From a virus: a DNA stretch of 64,000 bases. This document shows, one piece after another, positions 41,401 to 50,521 of the stretch (position 1 is its first letter; the number at the start of each line of letters is the position of its first letter). The notes beneath the pieces were generated by a model that searched no databases, was not told the DNA's origin, and saw nothing but the letters and a program-made list of their open reading frames with translations. The stretch spans positions 39,159 to 103,158 of the IMG/VR virus record IMGVR_UViG_3300043395_004689. One strand, 5' to 3'. Position numbers and translations under genes: made by a program.

Positions 41401-41739
41401 GTATTAAGTGGCGGTATCAGTGCTGTGATTGCAACTGCAACAAGTACAACAGCTACCGTGACATTTACTTTCACTGGCAGCGTATGTGCTCCACTAGGTG
41501 TACAGGTTTATGGTTATCAGAGAGCAAGTAATGTTTATGTTTCTCGTGCATTGGCCAGTGACTTTACTTCAAGAACACTGGCTGCTGGTGGTAGCAGTGG
41601 TAGTCCAAGTGCATTCAGTGCATTTGATTCCAGCGTTAACACCATGACATTGAGTTTAACTAAGTCGCTGACAGGTGCCACAGCCGCAGTTGGTCAGACC
41701 ACTCACTGCGTTGTACAATTTTTACTAAGTTCATCATAA
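38482..41739 (+). CDS. Long tail-fibre-like protein with collagen repeats
   Basis: G-X-Y runs, YTLPTAS..TLGG(I/V)K, APGALNTLNELA, repeated (T/S)EG..NLYFT..R. Confidence 0.8.
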   Translation: MAINASSGGQLQGGTGGGGGLTEEDVQDIVAEQIEVGNDLSIGLQTSYDDTTGKLTISLAGGGTGGGTAGSISVKENGTARGTAGVLNFVGPNVSVTNNVATITGGLDSIAVYENTSNRGNFTSINFVSGATVTVDNGTANVSIAGGGGSYTLPTASGSTLGGIKIGTGLSIDGNGVVSATGGGSYTLPTASTGTLGGVKVDGTTITINGSGVISAVGGGTGGGISISDVSTYLTNNGYTTTTYVDGQISNLINGAPGALNTLNELAAAIASNPNFATDLTTSLAGKLNISGGTMTGALTLAGAPTSDLQASTKKYVDDSIAAIPAPTTALASLTDVDVASKSSGQILGWNGTKWVAVNNSGTKGDTGEAGPQGPAGLSITSATVSVSGRLLVTLSNGSVVDAGNVAGVSSATVNGSGQLVLTKQDGSTINAGSVIGPTGATGATGAQGPQGDTGDTGVGIAGAVVDGSGRLIITLTDGSTVDAGSSVGPQGPQGSTGATGATGATGPAGNGIFSAVVDGDGNLQITLDDATSINAGSVIGPQGPQGSQGPAGRSIANSGVVVDSSGYLQITLTDGSTINAGYVVGPQGSTGATGAKGDKGDTGATGATGATGATGTSYTVNGSSGSVQIYGLSSTTQSGYNFEVDLSNKANKLTTARNISLTGKVTGLTSFDGSGNVSITTALSGVTTSDVTEGTRLYYSDGRARLAISSSSDSSISSLISYDDTTGVIKYRANTSYITEGSNLYFTNTRADARADTRIAASSINALSDVDTVTTAPTNGQVLTWTGSAWTPSSVSGGSGAVSSVNSKTGAVVLSTDDVTEGTSNLYFTNSRWDTRLSSKSTDNLSEGTTNKYFSNTLARNALAAGTGLSYNSSTGTFSINTSTDNVTEGSTNLYYTSGRFDTRLGQSNLNQLADVADTTPTTGQALVWNGSAWSPSTVSGGGSGGTGSTSGVFRAAVQVEYDASGNLSSVSVLSGGISAVIATATSTTATVTFTFTGSVCAPLGVQVYGYQRASNVYVSRALASDFTSRTLAAGGSSGSPSAFSAFDSSVNTMTLSLTKSLTGATAAVGQTTHCVVQFLLSSS

Positions 41740-41748
41740 GGATAGTAA

Positions 41749-43734
41749 ATGTCAATTAATGCTTGGAAAACCAGTTTCATTGGGTTAAACAAGCCAGCAA
41801 AGGTAATTGCTGGGGTTGCTGAATCATTCTTACCAGTGGCACTTTGGCCTCATGCCAATGCCACTGACGATCCTTATTGGAGTGGCGGATCAAATCCTCA
41901 GTATTATCGTTGGGAAGTAACATTTACGGTCAATGACAGAATACATGGTAGTAATTTAACTCGCACACCATATGCTTTTAATGCACAAGACATTGAAGTA
42001 GGCGACTTTGTTGCTGGTGCTCAAGATGGCAAGGTTTGTCAAATTATGAGTATCAGCGAAAAAGGCAACAACACACTAACTGCCGTTGTCGAAGACAGAT
42101 TGCGCTATAACACATTTAGAGATCCCACTGGCTTTGGCTTGTTTGGTACTCCGGGTACTGTTATCTTCTTCCAAATCAACGAACTAGGATTCCCAATGCT
42201 GGATCCGGTCCCTGGTGAAGCAGCCGCAGACTTCTTTACCAATGTGATGAGTAGATTCCAATACATGAATCCGCTGACAAATTACTTGCTAGAACAATCA
42301 AGTCATGGATTTCAGCAAGGCGATTCTATCTGTATTGAAAATGGACTTTTTGCTCTAAGTAACCCAGACAACATTGATCGCTTTATTGGTACTGTGGTAT
42401 ACCCAGGTCCAGGGCCCGATCAATTTATTTTAAGACCGGCTAACGGCATTATTGATTTTGTTCCAGGATTGCCCGGCTCCGTTGGAGACTATCTGTATCC
42501 TAGCTTGGATGGCAGCGGTGACTTGACTACCAGCGCAGATAGTCGCAGACCTATCTACTTGAAAATTGCTGATGCTATAACCACTTCAACTACAGGCACT
42601 GGTATTGATCCAACTGGCGTTGATGGTGACATTGTAGAAATTAATAGAATACAGATTACCCTTGCCAGTGGCAGCGGCACATATACCTTAGATGATGCAG
42701 TAACACTGATCAATGCTGCCAGTGCTAGCCACAAAGTAACAGCAGTCAAAGTAGGAGCCGCTACAGAAGTGGCCAGCGATGTTGCTGGTCAAGGTAGTGC
42801 TTATGGTATCATTGCTGGTTATGTGCCTTTTAGTGCAAGTATCAATGGTGTCACAGTTAATTTTACAACAACTACCAGCGGTGCTGCCGCATACGGCGAC
42901 CCAAGTGTAGCTGATGCCAATGACATGATTGCAGATATTAATGCTGCCGGAATAACCGATATTGTTGCCAGCTTGGTCAACGGCAGTGAATTAAAACTTA
43001 GACACAATGCAGGTGGTGCAATTACTATCGTTAATATCAGTGCTGACCTTAACGGTAATAATTTTGCTGGCACAAATTCAGTTTCAAGCTTGCCAGAGTC
43101 TACTCCAGCAAACACAACAACATTTGCGTTGAGACTGATTAGAACTGACGGCGGTCCATTGACCATCAGAGACTTTGCTGGTGTATTCTTAAATACCGCA
43201 GGAGTACTCAGTGGACAAAATGGTCGCTATGCTCTGGGACTAAACATTGAGCAAGGTATCCGCACTGGCGGAATCACCGTAGTAGCAGACATAACAGCCA
43301 GAGATGCTCTCAACTCTCTAGTAGGCGACCAATGTCATGTCATCAACGACGGCAACAACGAATGGGCTACATTTACCTATGATGGCAGTCAGTGGATTAA
43401 AACTGGTGGTCAGCGTAGCGTGGCCGTTGATGCAAGAACACTCAAAGGAACAGTGGCCCTACCAGGTACAACAACCACAATTGGTACAGTCAGCGAAGAT
43501 CGTAGAATTTTAAATGTAAGCGTAGCAGTCTTACAGGACCTAGTAGGAGCGCCTGATTTCACAATTGATGTAGGCAGCGCCACAGTTTGGCAATTTAGTC
43601 AACACGGTGCCAGCAAGGTTGGCACCTATGTAGTAGACACAGATTTGGTTACAACCACAAGAGAAGATGTGGTTGTAAATATACCTAGCAATAGTGCAAC
43701 AGGCAACATCAGAGTAGAGGTATCCTACATATGA
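41749..43734 (+). CDS. Putative virion structural protein
   Basis: 661 aa, Gly/Thr/Ala-rich, in the fibre operon. Confidence 0.6.
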   Translation: MSINAWKTSFIGLNKPAKVIAGVAESFLPVALWPHANATDDPYWSGGSNPQYYRWEVTFTVNDRIHGSNLTRTPYAFNAQDIEVGDFVAGAQDGKVCQIMSISEKGNNTLTAVVEDRLRYNTFRDPTGFGLFGTPGTVIFFQINELGFPMLDPVPGEAAADFFTNVMSRFQYMNPLTNYLLEQSSHGFQQGDSICIENGLFALSNPDNIDRFIGTVVYPGPGPDQFILRPANGIIDFVPGLPGSVGDYLYPSLDGSGDLTTSADSRRPIYLKIADAITTSTTGTGIDPTGVDGDIVEINRIQITLASGSGTYTLDDAVTLINAASASHKVTAVKVGAATEVASDVAGQGSAYGIIAGYVPFSASINGVTVNFTTTTSGAAAYGDPSVADANDMIADINAAGITDIVASLVNGSELKLRHNAGGAITIVNISADLNGNNFAGTNSVSSLPESTPANTTTFALRLIRTDGGPLTIRDFAGVFLNTAGVLSGQNGRYALGLNIEQGIRTGGITVVADITARDALNSLVGDQCHVINDGNNEWATFTYDGSQWIKTGGQRSVAVDARTLKGTVALPGTTTTIGTVSEDRRILNVSVAVLQDLVGAPDFTIDVGSATVWQFSQHGASKVGTYVVDTDLVTTTREDVVVNIPSNSATGNIRVEVSYI

Positions 43735-44129
43735 AAACTTTTAATAACACAGCAGGCACTACCTCAAGCGAATTTACCATTGGTGCAGGCACCACTGGTT
43801 GCAGACAAATTGCGTTGGGCGCAGTTTGCTCGGGCGCAGACACCCTGGCCACAGATCGCAACGGAGAAAATGTCAGCATTGCCGGCACCGAGTTTTATGA
43901 TCTAAAATTTTTAGCCACTGACCAAACAGGCCAACGAGTTGCCAAACAGTTCCGCGGTACCATCACCGCTGGTGGTGCCATCAGCAAGATTGAAGATATA
44001 TTTGAAGAAGGGTTCGACGGAGATGTTGAACTGTCAGTGTCAGGTTCTGACCTAGTGATTAACTGCAAGATTGGAACCGCTAGCACAGCAACATACAACA
44101 TTTATGTTTCGTTGCAAAGAATTGAATAA
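43731..44129 (+). CDS. Putative virion protein
   Basis: Coupled ORF, beta-rich. Confidence 0.55.
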   Translation: MKTFNNTAGTTSSEFTIGAGTTGCRQIALGAVCSGADTLATDRNGENVSIAGTEFYDLKFLATDQTGQRVAKQFRGTITAGGAISKIEDIFEEGFDGDVELSVSGSDLVINCKIGTASTATYNIYVSLQRIE

Positions 44130-44143
44130 GAGAGAAAATCAAC

Positions 44144-45277
44144 ATGTCAAATTTACTTGAAGGAAAAGTGTTTGTTAAAATCAGTGAGCTTGATGCAACC
44201 ACCACCTTTGATACCAACGACGAATTTGTATTGGTACGCAACGGCACCACAGTAAAAACTGCCGGTATTGACTTTGTTGATACTGTGGTCAGCATTGGTA
44301 ACCTTGCTACAAAAACCTACACTGATGCTGCTGTGGCAGCATTGGTTGCTGGAGCACCTGGAGCCCTAGACACACTGAATGAGTTGTCTGCGGCTCTCAA
44401 CAACGATGCTGATTTTGCCAGTACCATTACCAACCAACTGTCTTTGAAATTAGATGTTGGTGACTTTGGTTTGTATTTCTGGAATGAGTTAACCGCAGTA
44501 ACTACCTATCACATTGCTGAAGGTACCAATCTTTACTACACAGAAGATCGCGTTGATGCAAACTTTGCTACAAAGAACACAGATGCATTAGCAGAAGGCA
44601 CAACTAATCTTTACCACACAGATGCTCGTGTGCTTGATATTGTTAATCCATTGATTCCTACAAGTGTATTTGATCTTGATATTCCAGCAATATCTGTTAG
44701 TATTCCTGGGTTTCTTTACTATGATGGCACTAGCCTAAGCTGGCAAACTGTTAATGCATTTTCAACCACAGATGATTTGGCCGAAGGTGCAACTAACCTT
44801 TACTTTACAGATGCTCGTGTTGATGCAAACTTTGCTACAAAGAACACAGATGCATTGGCAGAGGGCTCAACTAACCTTTACTATACAGATACTCGTGTAC
44901 TTGATATTGTTGGACCGTTGATTCCTGCTAGCACAGATGATCTCAGTGAAGGATCAAATTTATTCTTTACCACCAGCCGTGCTAGAAATGCAATTAGCGC
45001 AAGCACCGGCATCACATACAATTCTTCAACAGGAGCCATTGGATTAACTCCAACACCAACATTTACCACAGTAACCACTACTAACTTAAATGTTCAAAAT
45101 GTCACATTTACTGGCACCGGTGCAGTTACAATTACCAGTGGCAACGACTTAAATTTGGTTGCCGCAGGCAGCGTCAATGCCAATGGTAGTCCTGTTATTA
45201 CTAAAGCTCAATTAAAAGCAGTAGTAGCAGCGTCTACGGACTTTGCTGATTTCAAAGCAAGAATTGCAGCGTTGTGA
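44144..45277 (+). CDS. Fibre-like protein with TD.LAEG.TNLY repeats
   Basis: APGALDTLNEL, five repeats, C-terminal ASTDFADFKARIAAL. Confidence 0.7.
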   Translation: MSNLLEGKVFVKISELDATTTFDTNDEFVLVRNGTTVKTAGIDFVDTVVSIGNLATKTYTDAAVAALVAGAPGALDTLNELSAALNNDADFASTITNQLSLKLDVGDFGLYFWNELTAVTTYHIAEGTNLYYTEDRVDANFATKNTDALAEGTTNLYHTDARVLDIVNPLIPTSVFDLDIPAISVSIPGFLYYDGTSLSWQTVNAFSTTDDLAEGATNLYFTDARVDANFATKNTDALAEGSTNLYYTDTRVLDIVGPLIPASTDDLSEGSNLFFTTSRARNAISASTGITYNSSTGAIGLTPTPTFTTVTTTNLNVQNVTFTGTGAVTITSGNDLNLVAAGSVNANGSPVITKAQLKAVVAASTDFADFKARIAAL

Positions 45278-45431
45278 TTTGGTCAAGGCTTTGAATTGTG
45301 TACGAACCTAGAAGAAGAAGATATAACAGAGATTCGGTAGCCATTGGCAGATATGCCGGAGAAGAAAGCGATACTGAATATACTGTTTCTGCAGGTCGCC
45401 GAGCTTACCAGCTTTATAAAGGAACCTTCAA

Positions 45432-46970
45432 ATGAAAGAATACATTATTACAGTTAAAGACCCAATGGTATGGGACACTGGTCTATGGAACGAACTAACA
45501 GTAGATGGCCTTGGGGATAACTTTATTCCTACACGCGGTGTTGAAGTACTCAACGAAAGACCTTTCAATGAATGGTGCGCTCATTTTAATCTCACCGATG
45601 AAGAAGCAGCACAGATAAGACAGGATTCTAGAATTGATACAGTTGAGCTACAGGCTGATCTGCAAGAAGGAGTTGAGAAAGGCTTTTCAGCAGTTCGTAG
45701 CAGTTACAGCTATAATCGTCATCCAAGTCAAACAACCAACACCATGAAGAACTGGGGGTTGCTTCGATGTATAAACCAAGCTGACCCTTACGGTGTCAAC
45801 ACAGCCGTAACAGCAGAGTTTCCTTATAATCTAGATGGCACAGGTGTTGATGTCATTGTTATGGATTCGGGTGTGGAACCTAATCACCCTGAGTTTGCGG
45901 TAAATGCTGATGGCACAGGCGGAAGTAGAGTTGTTGACTTTAACTGGGCCAGTCTTGGTGTTCCAGGAACACCATCGTCAGCCAGCATTGGAGGTTATCT
46001 CGGTGATGGCGACGGCCATGGTAGTCACTGCGCCAGTGTAAGCTGTGGTAACACACAGGGTTGGGCTTCAGGTGCAGCCATTTATTCTATTCGTATTTTC
46101 TCTGGCACTAACATTAGAACCGGTTCTTTTCTAGGTGCCATTAGCTCAGACATTGGATTTGACCTAGTGCGAGCATTTCATTTAGCTAAAATTGCTGCGG
46201 GCAACACTAGACCAACCATCTGTACCAACAGCTGGGGTTATCGTTCCACCTACAGTGGTATGACTTCCACAGTCTACAGAGGAACCACATATCCAGGCAG
46301 CTCGCCCAATGCCACATATGGACAAGTAAATTACCTACATCCATATGTGGTCAACTACCTTGATGCCAGTGCTACCAACTGCATCAATGCTGGTGTTATA
46401 TTGGTTGGTGCTGCTGGCAATTACTATCATAAAGCCGATGTGTCTGGTGGACTAGACTACAACAACTACTATAATTCATACTATGGTGTAACTTACTATC
46501 ATAGAGGAAGTAGTCCTACACGAGCCACAGGATTTATTAATGTTGGCGCAGTTGATACCATACAAACCAGCCCACCAATAGAAAGAAAAAGTAGCTTTAG
46601 TGAAACAGGTCCTAGAGTTGATATCTATGCACCAGGCTCTATGGTCATGGGTGCTTATGCAAATAAACCTTATGCCACTGCTGCGGTTGCAGATCCAAGA
46701 GCCAGCGGGTTTTATCTAAACAAGGTGTCTGGTACTAGCATGGCATGTCCTCAGGTCACTGGAGTATTGGCTTGTTTACTACAGGCTCGACCAACAGCCA
46801 CAGCCGCTGACTGCCTGGCATGGCTTGTTGAAAACAGCACCAAAAATGTGCTGGATCAAAATCCCAGTGGCGGCACAGGATACACCAACAACTTTTTCCT
46901 ACAAGGCGGCAACAACAGATTACTATATCAGCCCTTTAAGAGTGCAACTAGAGGAAGTATTACCAGTTAA
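45432..46970 (+). CDS. Subtilisin-like S8 serine protease
   Basis: VMDSG, HGSHCAS, AAGN, GTSMACP. Confidence 0.92.
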   Translation: MKEYIITVKDPMVWDTGLWNELTVDGLGDNFIPTRGVEVLNERPFNEWCAHFNLTDEEAAQIRQDSRIDTVELQADLQEGVEKGFSAVRSSYSYNRHPSQTTNTMKNWGLLRCINQADPYGVNTAVTAEFPYNLDGTGVDVIVMDSGVEPNHPEFAVNADGTGGSRVVDFNWASLGVPGTPSSASIGGYLGDGDGHGSHCASVSCGNTQGWASGAAIYSIRIFSGTNIRTGSFLGAISSDIGFDLVRAFHLAKIAAGNTRPTICTNSWGYRSTYSGMTSTVYRGTTYPGSSPNATYGQVNYLHPYVVNYLDASATNCINAGVILVGAAGNYYHKADVSGGLDYNNYYNSYYGVTYYHRGSSPTRATGFINVGAVDTIQTSPPIERKSSFSETGPRVDIYAPGSMVMGAYANKPYATAAVADPRASGFYLNKVSGTSMACPQVTGVLACLLQARPTATAADCLAWLVENSTKNVLDQNPSGGTGYTNNFFLQGGNNRLLYQPFKSATRGSITS

Positions 46971-47044
46971 ATATGATTGTACTGCTAACTTGATTGAGTT
47001 TAAGTACATGTGAAGACGGTTTTAATTATACAAGGAAGAATGTC

Positions 47045-47425
47045 ATGGAAACCTTAGAACCAAAAAATTATGTAAGAGTATGTGTTGAAAGAGAACTTAC
47101 AAATACAGAATTTGATCAGATCACTGAAATCATCGACGATGAAATTGGTGACATAGTAGGCAGCGACGAAGTCATTGAACACATCAATGAACTTGGTATG
47201 GTCTGCTATCTTTTTGAACTAGCCACAGACATTCACAACAGCGAGCAAGGAACCATTGCTGGTGACCTAATCAGCTACGAAATAGATCAAGTACTGCCTG
47301 AGGGACTTCAATGGGAATTTGAAGCCAGCACCGAGGATGTGGAACTTGATGTTGCTGACAATGTTTCTGACGAAGAAATCCGCGAAGCTGCTGTAAAACA
47401 CTATCAAAACCTACTAAAGGGTTAA
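47045..47425 (+). CDS. Acidic hypothetical protein
   Basis: AGGA SD before ATG 47045. Confidence 0.6.
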   Translation: METLEPKNYVRVCVERELTNTEFDQITEIIDDEIGDIVGSDEVIEHINELGMVCYLFELATDIHNSEQGTIAGDLISYEIDQVLPEGLQWEFEASTEDVELDVADNVSDEEIREAAVKHYQNLLKG

Positions 47426-47902
47426 ATGAGATATACGCCTGCGGCCCTGAGGTTATTGGGTTATAACCTCAGAAGTCGGCACTGGAACGACTTTGCCGCA
47501 CATACCATGGAAACATGGTTCAAGTTCAGTGCCGACCATACCTTCAGTGATTTTGCATGGTACTCGACCAAACAACACCGAAACATCATGAATGTCACAC
47601 ACGGCGGTGCCTTGGTCACCTACATGGATTATGCCATGGCTGCTAGTATTTGGGATATCACTGCTGGCGGAAATGCATGGACTGTGTCCTTAAACAATGA
47701 ATTTGTCAAGCCTGCTAGAATCAATCGTTGGCTGTTTGCACAGGTAAAAACTGTGGCTCTAGGAGAACTCATTGAGCTTGAAGGAACTATCAGAGCCAAT
47801 GATCCAGATGGTATGCTCGTAATGCGAAGTTTTGGCAAATTTACTCAGCCTAAACGCATTGACATAGAAAATAATTCTGCTATAATTGCGTATAGAGAAT
47901 AA
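47426..47902 (+). CDS. PaaI family hotdog thioesterase
   Basis: HRN...THGGAL.TYMD, TVSLN.EFVKP. Confidence 0.85.
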   Translation: MRYTPAALRLLGYNLRSRHWNDFAAHTMETWFKFSADHTFSDFAWYSTKQHRNIMNVTHGGALVTYMDYAMAASIWDITAGGNAWTVSLNNEFVKPARINRWLFAQVKTVALGELIELEGTIRANDPDGMLVMRSFGKFTQPKRIDIENNSAIIAYRE

Positions 47903-47925
47903 TTCAACCCATTAAGGATTACCCA

Positions 47926-48510
47926 ATGAAGATCAATCTACGCAAGGCCAGTGTTGTTCAAGACCAAATTCAAGCAGAGCTCAAGTTGCTGGGCTCTGAA
48001 AAGACTGCAATCAATGTCAGCATTTTTGACACCGACATTGTCGGTAAGCTAGATGTGCAATTGGCCAAGATCCGTGAAACCAATCACCGTGCAGGTCGCC
48101 TGCTGGAAGCCAACTCTTATCTCAGAGCCACTGTGGCTTTGAAGAATGCCGAAGCAGGTATCACTGGGTATCTTGCTGAAGATGCCATGTTGGCCGCGGC
48201 TGAGGCTCGCACTCGTGCTGTCACTGAACTTGAAGTTCGCCCAAACATTGAGTCGTTGACTCAAGAAATGGAAGCGCGGCGTGCCAGTGCCAGTGCTGTT
48301 GATCGTAACAGCATCTACGGTGGCCGGTCCTATGATATGAATGTTGATGTGGCAACACAAGAATATGTCGACGAGGCTCGTCGTAGTTTGGAAACAATTC
48401 GCCGGCGCCGTCGCAAGATCAAGGATGAGATGGTCACCATCAATGTTCGTACCGAGTTTGAAGTACCCGAAAAGGTAGCACTTGTGCTTACCGAACTTGG
48501 GCTAGACTAA
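47926..48510 (+). CDS. Helical coiled-coil protein (possibly DIP1984-like)
   Basis: Own promoter TTGACA(47859)..TATAAT(47881); heptad helices; C-terminal INVRTE. Confidence 0.6.
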   Translation: MKINLRKASVVQDQIQAELKLLGSEKTAINVSIFDTDIVGKLDVQLAKIRETNHRAGRLLEANSYLRATVALKNAEAGITGYLAEDAMLAAAEARTRAVTELEVRPNIESLTQEMEARRASASAVDRNSIYGGRSYDMNVDVATQEYVDEARRSLETIRRRRRKIKDEMVTINVRTEFEVPEKVALVLTELGLD

Positions 48511-48513
48511 GCC

Positions 48514-48726
48514 GCCACACTTGGTCCAGAGGAATAATGGAAACACCTGCATCCTACAATGATGCAAAGCTTATAGATGGTCTTGAAAACCCGTCTGACT
48601 CAGCCTTGTTTAGGTATCAAAAAATTATATTGATATTTGATGGTATACCTAAGCAACAAGCACATGTTTGATGTTCAATGGTTGATATTCCATGTTTGTT
48701 AGTTTCCGTTACCTCTGCTTCGTGGC
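48514..48726 (+). ncRNA. Candidate ~213-nt multibranch RNA with heptamer repeats
   Basis: 5'/3' closing helices GCCAC/GTGGC, CAGAGG/CCTCTG, TAATGGAAAC/GTTTCCGTTA; three internal hairpins; five ATRNTYN units at 48664-48698. Confidence 0.7.
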
Positions 48727-49195
48727 ACTATTCTTAGGCGTTTGCGCTACTGCACAAGCCCACGATAAAAACTATCGTGGGTTTATTATTGGCTTCACTG
48801 GTCTCAACGAAGCCTTTGATGATTCTGCCTTTACTACCTTTGCTCGCGATCGGCGATTGATTCCTATTAAACTGTCTTGGACACAGGAAAGTGTGGCTCT
48901 AACACTGATACGCAACTCGCAAGGCTACTATGAACTTTATGGTTTTAGCAAGGGTGCTGAAACTGTTGGCGCTGTAATAAAAAAGAAAGTTGGTAGGCCT
49001 CCGGGCTGTGCAACCACAGTTGGCGCTTACAGGACCACCAATGTTGACTTCCGCCTGTACAAGATTCCTTTTATCAATTACTTTGACGCATCTGGTCGAG
49101 GTAACACTGGACCTGGAATATTCATTGACAATGTAGACCACTCTAGTATACAATCGCATATAAATCGTTTTGACTATGAGTGCAAGCAACAATGA
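48692..49195 (+). CDS. Secreted hypothetical protein, minimal alpha/beta-hydrolase-like
   Basis: Signal peptide AQA; GFSKG nucleophile-elbow-like motif. Confidence 0.55.
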   Translation: MFVSFRYLCFVALFLGVCATAQAHDKNYRGFIIGFTGLNEAFDDSAFTTFARDRRLIPIKLSWTQESVALTLIRNSQGYYELYGFSKGAETVGAVIKKKVGRPPGCATTVGAYRTTNVDFRLYKIPFINYFDASGRGNTGPGIFIDNVDHSSIQSHINRFDYECKQQ

Positions 49196-49383
49196 ATAGC
49201 ATAGAAAAAATTTGGGCAAGAGCAACAGGGCACCTTATGGGTCATACCGATGAGGATCGCCCCGATGTGCCAATTCTAACTATTCGTGAAGCCCGCATTG
49301 CACTTTTTTTAAAAACATTTTGGGTAGTGATACATGTGATTACTTGTTTCTTTATCATTGCTAATGTTATCCATCACTGGTAG
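49192..49383 (+). CDS. Small membrane protein
   Basis: IWARATGHLMG; C-terminal TM. Confidence 0.6.
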   Translation: MNSIEKIWARATGHLMGHTDEDRPDVPILTIREARIALFLKTFWVVIHVITCFFIIANVIHHW

Positions 49384-49391
49384 GAGCCATT

Positions 49392-50396
49392 ATGGGACGA
49401 ATTGGATTTTGCTGTAAGTTTGTAGATCCTCATCCAAAAAAGATTTTTGAAAATGTTGAAGGCTACAATACTGGTGCAACCACTGTGGCTTGGCTTAACC
49501 GCCAAAGTCGAGATGTTGCTGAGGAAAAGCTGTGGAACCTCATGGTCCAAAACATTGAGGCCACTCGCAAACTAGTTGAAAAGGTAGGAGCATTAGATGA
49601 ACATCTACGTATGGTACGGCTTTCTAGCGATATCCTTCCTATGTATACTGAGCCTAGTTGGTCTTACTATTGGCGCAGGCCTGAGGTGCTTCAATATTGC
49701 GAAAAGCACTTTCAACAAGTGGGAGATACCGCTCGGCAACTTGGCGTTAGGGTGTCTTTTCATCCTGGTCAGTTTTGTGTGTTGGCTTCTGCTTCACCCG
49801 ATATTGTCAATCGTTCTATAGAGGAGTTTGAATATCATGCAGACATGGTACGCTGGATGGGATACGGAAAGTCGTTCCAGGACTTTAAGATTAATGTACA
49901 TATATCTGGACGACTGGGGCCAAGCGGCATTAGGGAAGCATATAAGCGTCTTAGTGTAGAAGCACAAAATTGTATTACTATTGAAAATGAAGAAATATCA
50001 CATAATCTTGAAACCTGTCTCAGCCTTGCTGACCTATGCCCAATCGTGTTGGACATTCATCACCACTGGATTAATTCGGGAGAGTATATCTCTGTGGACG
50101 ATGACCGTGTTAAAAGGGTTATTGACAGCTGGCGTGGTGTTCGTCCTGCTATGCATTATAGTGTTAGCCGCGAAGACCTACTCGCAGATCATGCCCGAGA
50201 TCAGCTCCCATCCATGGCCCATCTCTTGGAAGTAGGCTATAAGAAACAACAGCTACGAGCACATTCGGATTTCTACTGGAATTCCGCAGTCAATGAATGG
50301 GCCGCAACCTTTAGTCCCCATTTTGATATCCAATGCGAAAGCAAGGCAAAGAATCTGGCCAGTCGGCGATTTGCAAAGGAAATGAATCTAGGCTAA
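49392..50396 (+). CDS. uvsE: UV-damage endonuclease UvsE/UvdE
   Basis: RLSSD, SFHPGQF, IENEE, LDIHHHW, HYS, AHSD, ESKAK. Confidence 0.92.
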   Translation: MGRIGFCCKFVDPHPKKIFENVEGYNTGATTVAWLNRQSRDVAEEKLWNLMVQNIEATRKLVEKVGALDEHLRMVRLSSDILPMYTEPSWSYYWRRPEVLQYCEKHFQQVGDTARQLGVRVSFHPGQFCVLASASPDIVNRSIEEFEYHADMVRWMGYGKSFQDFKINVHISGRLGPSGIREAYKRLSVEAQNCITIENEEISHNLETCLSLADLCPIVLDIHHHWINSGEYISVDDDRVKRVIDSWRGVRPAMHYSVSREDLLADHARDQLPSMAHLLEVGYKKQQLRAHSDFYWNSAVNEWAATFSPHFDIQCESKAKNLASRRFAKEMNLG

Positions 50397-50432
50397 TTTC
50401 TCCAAAACTCATTATATTGGGTTAGAATTATA

Positions 50433-50521
50433 TTGCACCGCAGCATAATTATTGTTATACTGTGTATTGGTGCTCATGATGAGGCCATTGCAGTTAACTC
50501 GCTTAATAAAGGAGAATAAGC
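50433..50521 (+). promoter_or_regulatory. sigma70 promoter with PhaR-type box and ROSE-like leader
   Basis: TTGCAC(50433)-17-TATACT(50456); TGCACCGCAGCA 50434-50445; CTCGCT(50498)/AAGGAG(50509). Confidence 0.65.

Noticed and set aside
48514-48726. RNA as tRNA, tmRNA, Y RNA or 6S RNA
   Set aside because: No T-loop or CCA; GGTCC lacks the complementary Ro-binding strand; multibranch rather than rod-shaped. Not formally excluded without cmscan.
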